Assembly: GCA_964247055.1 (NCBI GenBank)
Contig: OZ176056.1
Coordinates: forward strand, 9,424,001-9,488,000
DNA from: Paragordius varius
Taxonomy: Eukaryota; Animalia; Nematomorpha
Reading direction: 5' to 3'
DNA: 64,000 nucleotides
In this document: positions 39,540 through 52,473 of the stretch, piece after piece
Position numbering within the stretch: the stretch's first letter is position 1
Layout: each line of letters begins with the position of its first letter
Program-made: the position numbers and the translations under genes
The notes under the pieces: generated by a model
The model's input: the letters and a program-made list of their open reading frames with translations, nothing else
Told to the model about the DNA's origin: nothing
The model's database searches: none

Positions 39540-40122
39540 CACTTGGATACAACACACTCATTTTGGTCCTTCGATTCAAATTGGGGTAGTTGGATACCCC
39601 AATCCTGTTTAAAATCAAATACCTTAAAAAGTATGGAAGGAATCGAAACCATGACAAAACTTTGCACTTATCTAACATTAATAAACAGAAATATATAAAA
39701 AAATTTTATTCTAATATACTTGATATTACTTAATTTGAGCTAAAACTGAAAGGTAAAAATTTAGTCAACGTGGCATGTGTCAAATTGTAAAATTAAAAAA
39801 TAATACAAAATAAACCGCTTTCTCCATTTCTATCAATGTTAAATGTGTTTTATATAAAAAATAAGATTCAGTTTTACCCTTAAAATTAAATGAAGACGAT
39901 ATTTTGCAAAATTTTTGTAAAATAAAAATGGCGTCGAAGTAGTTTGAGATGGAACTATTTTTTCAAAACAAAATTTTATCAAGATATTTTGGCATATTTA
40001 TATAATATTTATCAGGACAGAAGCATAAATTTAAATTGGGACCGTTTCCTTCAGTAGTTTTTTAAAAATTTTAATTTAAATTTAGTCTGGGGTATTTAGA
40101 TACCCCATTTTGAATCAAAGTG
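39540..40122 (+). mobile_element. piggyBac-type MITE (family A), full-length 583 bp reference copy
   Basis: TTAA at 39536-39539 and 40123-40126; ends CACTTGGATACAA...TTGAATCAAAGTG; lies ~120 bp upstream of the GT31 exon. Confidence 0.93.
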
Positions 40123-40586
40123 TTAAACATCTAAATCTATAAATTATGGGTGTAGAACCATTCTTACCTATTTTTTGGTATTATGTTAATTTTAATAAAG
40201 TTTTTTATTTTATAAATATAAAAAAAGCAAAATTTTATTCCTAAAACAAAATTATTGTTAGATTGAACTTAAAACGTAAGAGGATGGGTTTTTTATATAT
40301 GGTAAAAATGCTTGAGAATAAATCTGAGGTTTGTGGAATATAAACCATATCATAATTTTGGCTATTTTGGGATAATTAAATAATGCAAATTTTCATCCTT
40401 TTATATTGGATGTCAAAGATATTTCCAACTTTTATTTAATTAAATATATATATCAATCGAAATTTCAGAGAATCAATCCAAACAATCATTTTTCCTTAAA
40501 AATCTTTTTCAGAAATATCAAAATCAAAATCAAAATGAGTTTAGCTTAACTTTAAAAGTACTCAATTAATTGTAAAAATTTATATA

Positions 40587-40852
40587 CAGTAAAAAGTGAA
40601 ATTATACCGCGAAACGTAAAAATATAAACACAATTTTTTTTCAACAACCATACTTTTTTATATCATTTCCTTTTTAGGTTATTTAATTTTTAATGTAATA
40701 TATAAAATTGAATGTGTTAGTAATATTATAATTCTAAACACACTATACCATTTCAAACAATTTATATGTTAAAAAATCAAGATTTAAAAATTTTGAAAAA
40801 AATATTTGTCTTTATATTTTTACGTTTTTTCCGTATAATTTGAATTTTACTG
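40587..40852. mobile_element. Tc1/mariner-type MITE (family F), 266 bp
   Basis: TA|CAGTAAAAAGTGAAATTATAC...GTATAATTTGAATTTTACTG|TA; ~55-bp imperfect TIRs. Confidence 0.8.
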
Positions 40853-41431
40853 TAAAAAATTAGATCGATTTTGCGTTTGCTAGTTTATTCGGTTTTGTGT
40901 GTTTATAATTTAGGAGATGTTTTGGATTGAAATAAATAAAATTTTACAAATCAACCTCAAGTGATAGAAATAACTGTTAAAATTAAATAACACAAAATGT
41001 ATGTTTTGATTTATACATTTTAACTACCAGAATTCGACTGTATCTTAGTAGTTTTTAAGTTTGAGATAATATATAAATAACATGCTTAAAATCGAGGGTA
41101 TAAAAATATGCTGATCAAATATATATTCTAATAATTATCAGGATTTTCATGGTTATGACTTAAGACCTTATATGTGAAGTGTAAGAAGAGAAAGAAAAAT
41201 CATTTTTTTAATATTATTAAAAAAAGTATTTGATGTAAGATTAATGCTTTATTAAATAAGCAAAACAGTATTTTTATAACATTTGTTCCCTAGATATGGA
41301 CTTTAAATGTATCAGATTATGGTGTCTTATAAATTAGCTAATCTAAAATAAATGCAAAAATTCTCAAGCGCCTTAAAATTTTTTATATGTGTGCTATATG
41401 GCATTAAAAAAAATTTTTGAAAAGTTACATA

Positions 41432-41678
41432 CAGTAAAACTGAAATTATACGGAGGTAAAAATATAAAGACAAATATTTTTTTTTCAAAAGACAACCATA
41501 CTTTTTAAAATAACTTTTCTCATATAAATTAAATAATAACAATAAAATCGAAGGTATATTTAATATAGATATCAATTATATAATATGGAATTTGAAACAA
41601 TGGGTTATATAAAAAAATGAAGCTAAAAAAGTAAGGATTAATTTTTAAATAAATTTGTCTTTATTTCAATTTTTACTT
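41432..41678. mobile_element. Tc1/mariner-type MITE (family F), right end degenerate
   Basis: TA|CAGTAAAACTGAAATTATACGG...AAAGACAAATATT...GACAACCATACTTTT. Confidence 0.65.
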
Positions 41679-43109
41679 TTTACAATAGGTATGGCTGTGG
41701 AAAACTTTAATTTGAATAAGCATGCCGATCGGAACGGTAACTGGTCTATTTTCGATAATTTATCAAAATATTACTTACATATGAATGGATGTATTTGCGG
41801 ATATTAAGAAACATTTCTGATATTAAAATTCAATTATAAAACATTAAACTTTGATATGCTTTTAAATAATATATTCAAACCAAAGTCAGGCAGGACATAA
41901 ATCATATTATATGACTTGTTATAATTTTTTTGTTTCGTTGTTTGTTATTGATCATTCATCAATACGAACATTTTAGAATGTATACACCGGTGATAATATA
42001 AGCCTGAGCCAACATTGAAAACATCTAAGCTAGAAAAATATTAATAAAAATAGTTAAAAATATCAGATCAGGTAAACAAATTTGTGATATGAATAATACA
42101 AGTATTGTTTACCTTTTAATACCAGTTGAATAATTACTATATAGTGTATGTCTTTTTGTGCTATCTTTTCAGTATATTTGAATTTTTATTTAGCGTGAGG
42201 AAGCGTAATTTTTTGAGCTGAACCACTTTATTAAATTATATGTTTAAGGTCCTAACAATGTATTCACAAAAAAACATTTTAATCATAATAGGGTTGGAGA
42301 TTTTGATGTTAAGAATGATTTTTGCCTTATTTTCTGGTTAAATACGAGTATTTGATAATATGCTAATCAATGTCTAATTTGATAAGTGAATATTTTATTT
42401 TATATGGTTTAACCTTTAGTAAAAACACGTATTAAACCTTTCATACTTAGCCAATGATTCAAGGGTTCCCATACCACATGGGAATAACATTTCTTCTGCA
42501 AGATTAAATTATTAATGAAGCTCCAAATTTTTAGTAATTTTTAATTAATTGATAAAGTATTGAATCTTATCCGTAAAAAAATGTATTATTTGAACAAAGT
42601 GAATTTATAAAAAAACTTTCTCTTTTAGTTTCGCCCTGATCATTTAAATAATTATTAGAATGTTTATGAGCTGGAATATGAAATCATCATCTAGTAAAGT
42701 AATAATCAACCGGTATAAATTTACAAATTATAATCGATTCATATACTTCGCACATTTATTTTTAAGGTTTTTTACCGAAAACATATTAATAATTTATACA
42801 ATAAAAATGTTTGGCCTTTTATAATTTTTTGCTATAATTGTTTACTTTTGGCACTATGATTTTTTTAGCGTGTATCAACTTTGAAGAATTAACAAATTAT
42901 GAATAATATAGCCTCAAGCGAAAAAACGGTTATTTTTGTAAAATTGTTTATATATATTTTTTTTATCATTAGAAAGATAAATTAGGTATATTAAATATAT
43001 CTGCTCATTAAAAATATATGTAAGGGATTTTAATTAAAATCATATAAAATTTGGTATATTACCGAGGTTTTTTTCAATTATAGCATACCTTTACACCAAA
43101 ATAATTTTT

Positions 43110-44660
43110 TTAATAGTGGTTTAAGGATGCACAAGGGTGAAACACAGTTTGTGGCTTACGGTGTGTGTTGAGTTAAAGTATTTTGCTTGATGTAGGAGGA
43201 TGAATGAAATATTAAACAACAATTTAAATATCCTTGGTGTTGATGAACATATAATTCTCTAACAGGCGATGTAATAGGATAGAGTCTAGCTAGTTAATAT
43301 AAGTAAAAATTTTAAAACCAAATATGTATTAAAATATTTACACTGAGAGATAACTTATAGCCGACCATGACATGATATACTATTTACAATTCAAATTTAC
43401 CCTTAAAAATAAATTATGTGTTTTCGGGCTAATATAACTCATTTTTAACATCTTTATGGCTTAGTTTTTTATAATTTTAGTTTAAAGTAATTTCATTTTT
43501 AAATAATATAAAAAATAATAATTTAAATTCTTTAAAAACATATAATTATTAGGGTGAATTTGAATTGATGTGTAAACAAGGGTATGGAAGTGTAAATGGT
43601 ATATATATAACTCACAAATGGGGCGATGAAAGATCAGAAGAAACAGTTTTTAATGTAGCGGATATGACAATGCCTAGGCAGAGGAGTTGAGGGAATAATT
43701 CAGAATAACTATATAGGACCCATTTTAGAAGATTTAGATTTATATATGATACAATAGTGGGATGATTTGAACTTATATAGTTGGGCGAGGAGACCAGGGA
43801 GTATCAGACCCTATTGAAATAAACCAAGGGGTCTATCAGGGGTCTGCAATCAGCCCGTTACTAATTAGATTATGCATGGAAAAATTTTCAAAAGAAGTGG
43901 GGAAACATGGTGGCTGGTATTTTTTATGCAGACGACGTAATAGTGCTGTCCGACGAATTTTCTAAAAGAATTGGTGGGTAAATGGATTGATGTGTTACGA
44001 CGATGCGGATTAAAAGTTAATAAAAAGAAAACGGAACTTATGGAATTAGAAGAAGGGTGGGTATTATAATGTAAGGAGGAATGAATCTTTAACGCATGAT
44101 ATAAATCTAGGAATTCGAGATAGTTGGGCAAATAATAAAAAATTTTCAAATGTTTGTGCGATAAAAATATTTGCGCAAAAGTCAAGGATAAGATTTACAG
44201 TGCTTTTGTACAACCAACAATGATGTACAACTCACAGACATGGGCAATAAAGAAGTCAGAAGAGGGGCACTTTGAGGTTACTGAAATGAGAATGCTTAGA
44301 TTGATGTGCGGTGTAACGAGGAAAGACAAGGTGAGGAATGTATACATAAGAGGAAGTACGGAAATCAAAACAGTAACGCAAAAGTGATGGTAAATCGTCT
44401 AAGATGGTTTGGACATATAGAAAGACGAGATAATAATTACATTGGTAAATAGATTGATGATTATATTGTGAAAGGCAAGTGGGGAAGGGAGCGCCCTAAA
44501 ACGCGATTGATAGATACAGTTAAGAGGGACATAAACCGAACCTTAAACGCGGGGATGCCATAGACAGGGTCCTAGGGCGAAATTGTTTACGGTGATAGCT
44601 TGAAAGAGTGATTTCATATAATGTAATTATGATTATTGTTATTATTATTATTATTGTTGA
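43110..44660 (+). mobile_element. degenerate RTE-like LINE (APE relic + RT + 3' tail)
   Basis: IILTGDV (APE), GVYQGSAISPLL, F(L)YADDV, KIYSAFVQPTMMYNSQTW, EMRMLRLMCGVTRKDKVRN, RLRWFGHIERR, GRERPK; (TAT)n tail near 44625-44657. Confidence 0.85.
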
Positions 44661-45249
44661 AGCAAGGTAAAAATTTAAATCAAATAGTTAATATTTTTGT
44701 TGATAATTTATTTACCAATCACAAATTTATGGATCTACTTAAAATAGTAGCCTTTATTCAAAAGAGCCAAAAAGCCGAAATGGCACGATAAGAATTTCCA
44801 ATAAATTAATATATAATAAAATGAGCAGCGATTTATTAAAACATGTTAGGTGAATAAATGGATAAAATAACACAACGCGCAATAGAAAACTTTAATTACC
44901 CTGAGGTCGGCCTATATGTCTAGTTATTTCAATTCTCACTATAATAGAATCAAAAATAATTGAGGGTTAACATTTATTGTATCAGGAAAATATAGTCATT
45001 TTATATGAGCTGATCCTTTTCTTGAAGTCTATATATCCAGCATTTAATTATACAACTAAATATACATTTATAAATAATATGACAAAATCACTTTGATAGA
45101 CAATGTATTGAATTGCGAAAATCATTTAGATCAAAAAAATTTATATGTATATATATATAATATATAGATACTTTGGGAAAAAATACTAGTTCTGTTTTAA
45201 ATATATAACTATAAACATTATTATTGTGCTTTTTGCAGTTCATTTATTT

Positions 45250-45460
45250 GAGTTATGGCCGTTTCTACCATTTTAAAGACTGTATCAATGCTGGTCACGT
45301 CACAAACAACAAAGAGATAAGTTGAAACTGATTTCCCAATCAGGATTCCGTCCCATAAAGCAATACCATTTTTAACGCTTGAAATGGTATACGTTTTACC
45401 TTCAAAACTAATTCTGGCCCCGACAAGATCTGGATACTTGATAACACCTCAATATAAGGA
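45250..45460 (-). pseudogene. small RTE 3' relic
   Basis: VLLYGTES* preceded, in another frame, by RISFEGKTY. Confidence 0.45.
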
Positions 45461-45748
45461 AATATATAGATATATATATATAGGAGTGTCTTACATGGGG
45501 CATTTACAGTGTAAACATTGAAATTATACAGACAAAACGAAAAAACTATGTGAAAATTTTGGTTAAAGATTGGTGTACTTTTTTAAATTAATTTTACAAG
45601 ATATACACTGTTTAAATGTGCGGAGTGTGAAATAGAGTTTTATTGGTATCTAATCAATTAAAATTAAGTATGGTTGTTTTTAAATAAAATTTTGTTTCTA
45701 CTTTGTTTGTTTAATAGTGTTGAAGCTTTCAGTTCTAAATACTATAAT

Positions 45749-46006
45749 TAGGGGTGTCTAACACAAATGGCTTTGTGGGTCGCATTTTTGACTCAAAAAC
45801 GTGGCCGGACGAATTTTTTATATGTGGTAGTTCTTATCGAATTTATTGGATTTCAACAGTGAAAAATTTTATCTAGTTATTACTTATAGACTTATTTAGA
45901 AAACTTGTTTGTGAAATATCAATTTTATTAAGATTGTGTAAGCATATTTTAGGATTTATAGTTTTGCGGGCCGCATGAAGGCTACTCATTTTAGCCCTTA
46001 CCCCTT
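45749..46006. mobile_element. hAT MITE (family B)
   Basis: TAGGGGTGTCTAAC...GCGGGCCGCATGAAG...TACCCCT; homologous to 55586-56075; no TSD. Confidence 0.65.
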
Positions 46007-47211
46007 TAAAAGAGGTCTAATTTTATTTTATATATTATATATAAAAAATCAAAGGCTAAAGTAAGTTTAGATTCAAATTTACCTTCAAGAAATACTTTTG
46101 TAACCAATTGGATTAAATAACAAGGCTGATTGAGTTAACATGAAAATGTATGTAAAATAGTTATTAGTGCTTGTAAAATAATATGTCACAAATACCAATA
46201 TAATTTAAAAAATACCTTTAATAGCATAATTTTAAGAATCTAAGATTTTCTAACTTAATTTAAATATACGATTGTTTCCAATTTTAATTGTATAATAAAA
46301 TACATTTAAAACTTTAAATGTTAATATACCTCATAAAATCACCAAAAAAATTATAAAATCTCTTAAGACATTTTTCTCTAAAATTATTTAAGTCATTTTA
46401 AATTCAAAACACTTGTTATATAAAGGAAATTTAATTGATTTAAATCTATCATTTTTTCTTTTTAAGGCGCATTACTTGGGAGGGGGGGGGATCTCCACCT
46501 ATTATGGGGGCCGTGTTTCATTGTATACTTTGTTAAATTTTCAATGTTAAAATCTAAATTATATCTAATCTAAATATATACATATAAATTTGCTCAAAAA
46601 TAGTATTCAAATAATTATTATTTAATTTCCAATTAGGAATAAATCCTTTTGATAAGCCGTTTCTAATCTTACCCAACAATATGTTTCCTTTCTCCAATTT
46701 CGTGATTATATTATCTCAGTTAGCTTTTTTTACGGCAACTCATTCAAAATATAAGTGTCTTGTTAAAATTTAGTTCTTCAGAGTGGGATTTACTGATTTT
46801 AAGTCATTATTATATAGGATGCATTTGGTTAAAATTCTATCTAACTTCCTATATACATTTTAAAAATATTTAAAACAACAAAATTTGCATTCCCAATCTT
46901 TTTAAGAGTTTAGAATGCGGAGAATGAGCCAAGTTTTAGTGTTTTTGTTATATTTAATATTTTTGATGTTCACGCTTGAATCATATATAATTTTTACATC
47001 ACCATGAATACTTTAAAATGATGCTACAATCAAATGGTTGCTCTAAACCTTAATGATTTATATGGATGTAAAATTTCTAGTAATCGAGTTAAAATAAAGA
47101 AAGTCATATATAATATATCTGATGCAAGTTTCGTTTGAAACAGCGTTTAACCTTGGTTTAATTGTCTTATCTTAGAAGATCACATGTTAAAGCAGATCTC
47201 TTATATATTAA

Positions 47212-47776
47212 CACTTGGTAACACATTCTTAGTCCTTCTATACAAATTGGGGGGGTTAAATACCCCAGGCCTGTTTTAAATAAAAATCCTTGAAAAATTT
47301 GGAAGGAATCGAAATCATGGCAAAATTCTCCACTTATATAACATTATAAACCAAAATATATAAAAAATTTTATTCAAAAATACTTGATATTACTTATTTT
47401 AAGCTAAAATCGAAAGGTAAAAATTTATTTAACGTGACATGTGTGCACTGGTAAAATTGAAGAATAATACAAAATAAACCGCTTTTTTCTATCAATGTTA
47501 GATGTAATTTAAATAAAAGATTAGCTTTAATTTTACCCTTAAAATTAAATGAAGACGATATTTTGCGAAAACTTTGTAAAAAAATGGCGTCGAAATATTT
47601 TAACATGGAACTTTTTTTCAAAACAGAATTTTATTTAGATATTTGGCATATTTATATAATTTTTATTAGGATAGAAGCATAAATTTAAATTGATACCGTT
47701 TCCTTCCCTAGTTTTATATAAATCCTAACTCAAATTTAGTCTGGGGTATTTAGATACCCCAATTTGAATCGAAGTG
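47212..47776 (+). mobile_element. piggyBac-type MITE (family A), full-length 565 bp
   Basis: TTAA at 47208-47211 and 47777-47780; ends CACTTGG...TTGAATCGAAGTG. Confidence 0.92.
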
Positions 47777-49141
47777 TTAACAGATATATATTTGCTTAAG
47801 TAACCCCTTAAACTAAATGTTTTTATTAAATATAAAGATTTCGAAAAAATATGCGAAAATAGGATCAAGTTTTTTGCTTTAATTTATTAAACAATTTTTT
47901 CAAATTAATAAAGCTTTCCTGGAACATATTTATATTTTTTCATTATATATACGTATAAATCTGTATAAATGCTGATTTTACAGATATGCCTCTTAGCTTA
48001 TGTACCATACATTTATTAAAAACTTTTTGTGATAAATTTAAAATATTTTTTTATAGGATAGAAAAATTTTTATTCATTTATCTTTTGATATGTATTTGAA
48101 AAAAAATCTAATTATATTTAATATTTCCTATGCCTGATTGTTTCGATCTATTGTCTTCGCGACAAAAAAATAACCATCCTTCTATTAGACAACGAGGTAA
48201 AAATATATTGGCATGAAATCTTAATGCCAGAACTTACACTAGACCCCCACACTCAAAATGCATCCAATATTTTTTAGTTTAGTAGACACACTCGGTTAAG
48301 TTTTTTTATTACATCAATTATAAAAAGTAAATTGCATCAATATTTTTTTCGACAATAAAAAAATATGATTTACTTTGAAAAAATATAATTGGTCTTCATG
48401 TTTTTTCGTTTTGCCGTATATTTTCAGTAATGGATACAGTAAATATAGAAAATTTATAGGTTTCAAAAGTATGGGCTGTTTGAAAGTAGTTTTATAATTT
48501 TTACTTGTCGAATTACTGTAAAAATTTAAAATATACAGACATAACATAATAATATAAAGCCAAGTATTTTTATTTAAAAGACAATCATTATTTTATAAAC
48601 TTTGATTTATAAGCTATTTTTACAATTGTATAATATAGAATTGATTGTGTTAGTAATTTATATCTCTATTTTACACTTTGCCATTCCAATGAGTTATATT
48701 GAAATAAGTTAAGATCGATAAAGTATCGTTGTGTGTTAGAACAAAATATTTATCTTTTTTTGTCCGTATATTTTCAGTTTTTACAGTACGTTTTGTCTTT
48801 GTATATTTGTATTACTGTTCTTTGTTACTATTTTATGTTTTCCGAAAGATCAAATATAATTAAATTTTAATTCCTAGAATTATTTATACTCGGAATCTTG
48901 GATTTAAAGTCAGGGTTGTATATCAATATAAGTTATATTAATTTATTTTGTTTAAATGTTTTTGGCAAAAATCAAAATTTCTAAACTTTGTAAGATAAAT
49001 ATGTTAAGCTACTTAATACAGCTAAATTATTTATATAAATTATTCATTCCAATTTAATTCCCATTTCCAAAAAATATGGAAATAAAGTTATCCCAAAATA
49101 TTGCATCAAATTTTTTATATAATGCATTATAAATTTACGTT

Positions 49142-49303
49142 TTAGTTAACAATAATCCATGGCATGTATTCTTTAACTGAGGCGAAAATAGGAGGATATT
49201 TTGGACTGTAGAAATTTCCAGCCCAATTGTAACTCGTTATTCCATACAAATGCCATTTCCCGCTAACATGATTTCGACATACCAATGGACCTCCAGAGTC
49301 TCC
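49142..49303 (-). CDS. S1 serine protease A, last exon (catalytic Ser)
   Basis: TTTAG| GDSGGPLVCRNHVSGKWHLYGITSYNWAGNFYSPKYPPIFASVKEYMPWIIVN*; phase 0, matching the preceding exon. Confidence 0.93.
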   Translation of the reverse strand, partial: GDSGGPLVCRNHVSGKWHLYGITSYNWAGNFYSPKYPPIFASVKEYMPWIIVN

Positions 49304-50115
49304 CTAAACAACATAATGCAAACAGATAAATTAGACTGGCTTCTATAAAAAAAGATAATGGCAATTAAAAATTTAATATATTTTATTACTATTATAAGAT
49401 TATATCTTAAGTAGAGAAATATTGTGAGCCTTCCTAACATTTACACTCTTTACCTTATAATTATATCAAATGTATAAAACTTAATGAATTTTTCACTTAT
49501 CGTATATTCTTATTTTGGCCAAAAGCGTTGGCAAAATTAGTGCGTGTTTGTACCAACTTCTATAATCACCAGTCAAATTAAAACTGTGTTTATAATTTTA
49601 ATATATTTTGGAGACAAAGTTTTATTATATAATTGGCTGATTAAACAATTGTATTTTATTGTTAATAAATAATTTTCAACCTAAATTTAGTAATAAAATT
49701 TAATTATTTTTTAGCACTATTTTGTGATATTACATCAGAGGCAATGAATTTGGCATTACGGTTTTGTACCTAAAAATATCCGCAATAATCAACCAATTTT
49801 TTATGATGATATGGTACTAATTTGTATGTATACCTATCATTTTGTTATATCTGATATATAATTTTAAACACTTTATTACCTATCCAATTCTTATCCTAGT
49901 TTATCTTTCAGGGTACTTTGATTCAAAGCTAAATTTTTAAACTAAAACACAAATTAAAGTTATTTTAGTATAAATTTAATTAACAATATTATTATAGTTT
50001 TCTGCTTAGTTTATTGGGATCCCAAACACAATTCAAACGAACAGCTGATATTAAATTAAAATATAGCAAGTTTTTGTTGCTGTATGGCCTGAAAACTTTT
50101 TAAGTTAAATATTTA

Positions 50116-50376
50116 TAGTAAAAAATTAAATTAAACGGACAAAACGTAAAAATATTAAGACAAATATTTTTTTAAAAGACAACCATACTTTTTGAAATTA
50201 GACTTAGTGTTTTAAACTATAAAGTAGGAAATAAAGATGTAAATTGATAACACAAGCAATTTATGTATTATGCGATTATTAAATTATTTTATAAGGGGAA
50301 TTAAAATTGCATGATTGTCTTTTGAAAAGATATCTTTATTTTATACCTATTGTCCGTATAATTTCAATTTTTACTG
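50116..50376. mobile_element. Tc1/mariner-type MITE (family F) in a protease A intron
   Basis: TA|TAGTAAAAAATT..ACGGACAAAACGTAAAAAT...TGTCCGTATAATTTCAATTTTTACTG|TA. Confidence 0.7.
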
Positions 50377-50629
50377 TACATTTTCCAACATAATATACAT
50401 TTGTTTATACCTGTTGCATTAGCGATTCAAAAATTAGAGAAAAAAGAATGGCGGCAAAAGAGTTTATTGGGACTAAAAAAGTATAGCAAGCATATTTTTA
50501 ATTCGGCATACGTTAAATATTTTTTAACATTTTCTAATTTAATCGCTCTGAGATACAAAACCACCCAAAAAGGTAACGGAGTGCTAAAATTAGATTTGTG
50601 ATTTATAAATATTCCCAGCTTTGCATTAC

Positions 50630-50775
50630 TTGACAAATGTTTCGCATGCCATCTTCTACTCCGGCGCAAACTTGATTCGTTACCTTTACGAAAGTGTCTT
50701 TATATTTGTCTATGCAATCTTCGTTTGTTACAAAAGGTAAGCATACTTCTTGCATTGTATCTGGAGCTCTGCCCT
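50630..50775 (-). CDS. S1 serine protease A, exon
   Basis: TTTCAG| (E)GRAPDTMQEVCLPFVTNEDCIDKYKDTFVKVTNQVCAGVEDGMRNICQ |GTAATG; 146 nt, phase 1 to 0. Confidence 0.92.
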
Positions 50776-50961
50776 CTGAAAACGAATATCCATATTTTAT
50801 GAAATATTGAGAAATATAAATATAGTACTTTATGTTCAATCGATAGTTCAATTATTTCATAAAAAAACACCAAAAATATATAAACAAATAATATAAAAAA
50901 GCTAATCAACCAAGAAATCATCAGCAATACAAAATATAAAACAGCCTATCTTTTTTATATT

Positions 50962-50992
<31 letters not shown>

Positions 50993-50998
50993 AAGAGA
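50962..50998. repeat. (GA)n microsatellite in a protease A intron
   Basis: About 13 AG units followed by AAAG variants. Confidence 0.9.
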
Positions 50999-51048
50999 AC
51001 TTAAACCGTATTAAGATTTGTGAAAGCTTTAACACATGCTTGCCTGAC

Positions 51049-51162
51049 CAGGACTGATAGTGACGATGAAATATTTGTGCGCAATATCTCGTTTCGAAAT
51101 CATCCACCCATATAGTGTAACTGCCGCCCCACTTACTGTGGCATCTTTAAAAATAATTTTAC
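51049..51162 (-). CDS. S1 serine protease A, putative extra exon (autolysis-loop insertion)
   Basis: TTCAATAG| (G)KIIFKDATVSGAAVTLYGWMISKRDIAHKYFIVTISP(E) |GTCAGG; 114 nt, phase 1-1, stop-free, GC above flanks; inclusion restores the conserved GWG. Confidence 0.6.
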
Positions 51163-51254
51163 CTATTGAAAAGGTCAAATCTTTAACTTTCATCTATATT
51201 TTAGATTATATGAAGAACTAATAAGTTTCATACTTTCTTCAAATTTAATTTAAC

Positions 51255-51399
51255 CCCATCCCGTAGCATAACAGTCTTGGCCAGTAGAAGCAATTGGAGT
51301 ATCCTTGTCTGGAAAACAGACTAAATTAAGAAAATTGTCTAAGGAACTGTTTCTGTCAATTCAAGAATGGCAATATCATTGATCGGTGCATGAGCTGGC
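51255..51399 (-). CDS. S1 serine protease A, exon with catalytic Asp; contains a 1-nt deletion
   Basis: TATTAG| PAHAPINDIAILELTETVP / DNFLNLVCFPDKDTPIASTGQDCYATGW(G) |GTTAAA; 145 nt where 146 is needed; frame breaks at CCTTAGAC (~51339). Confidence 0.88.
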
Positions 51400-52356
51400 C
51401 TAATAAATAATATATTTGGTGGTTACAATTTAGTAATTGCATTGATGTAAAAATCGCTTCTAATCACCAATTAAAACCTTAAAACTGTAATTATTTTTAG
51501 GAAATTTTATTTAATACAAAATACAATGTGAAACAAAACTATTTATTAATGGTAGTAATTAACAAAATCTGTTCAACATTTATTTACAAAACAGTCGCAT
51601 CTAGAAGCGGTTAGATCAGTTAATGAAAAACCCGTCTTTCAATATAATTAATTAATCATTAAATATCAGGCTTAATTAAAGCGAATACCAACATTTTATA
51701 ACACGAAAACTTTATTATAATATTTTTTCTAAAGCCCGTTCCTCACAAAGAAAGGTTATATCAGGAAAAATTAACGGTATTGTTGGATACATTATGAGTT
51801 ATAAATGATAAAATAATTATAATGTTTTATGTTAGTTTAAATTTTACGTGATTACTTTCAAATTAATTGTTTTTATCAATTAGAATCACACCATTTTAGA
51901 GATTTGAATATATTATTAAGTTCGCATTATATTTTAACATGTAAATTCCTCTAGATAACTACCACTATTTTAGTTCAATGGTATACAACATGCCCCCCGA
52001 GGAATTTTGTGCAGTCCGAAAATTTGGCCAAATATATAGTAATTCCATAATTTGAAAAATATTCTATTTCAAAGTAAACAAATTCGAACTAGTTTTTTGA
52101 AATTTTGGTATCAAACGGAAAAATGGTGAAAACATAGTATTTGTCATTTACAAATTTTTGAGAAAAGTGTTTATCGCTCATATGTTGTGATGCTATTTAC
52201 TAGTTTTTTTAGAAATGCAGCCCGCGCTGTTATATGTATTGTAGACTCCTGATTTAGGAGCATAATATGTGTAAAAACTTAATGCCCTAACACGATAAAA
52301 TTAGATTAATCTGTGGTTAGGATAAATTTTATAATAATACAAAAAAGGTATTTTAC

Positions 52357-52473
52357 ATAAAATCTTTGATATGAACGTTTTTGACTCCAGCCCTCCAAGC
52401 AGTAGGATCATCCAAATAAACTGCTTTAAATAGATTTTCGACATGTCCATAAACTTGAATTGTTTCTTTGGCT
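52357..52473 (-). CDS. S1 serine protease A, exon
   Basis: ATTTAG| (S)AKETIQVYGHVENLFKAVYLDDPTAWRAGVKNVHIKDF(M) |GTAAAA; 117 nt, phase 2-2, joining both neighbours in frame. Confidence 0.8.

Noticed and set aside
45225-45450. ~76-codon open minus frame (GVIKYPDLVGARISFEGK...) as a host exon
   Set aside because: An overlapping frame carries the RTE motif VLLYGTES*, so a LINE relic explains it better; the acceptor is weak.
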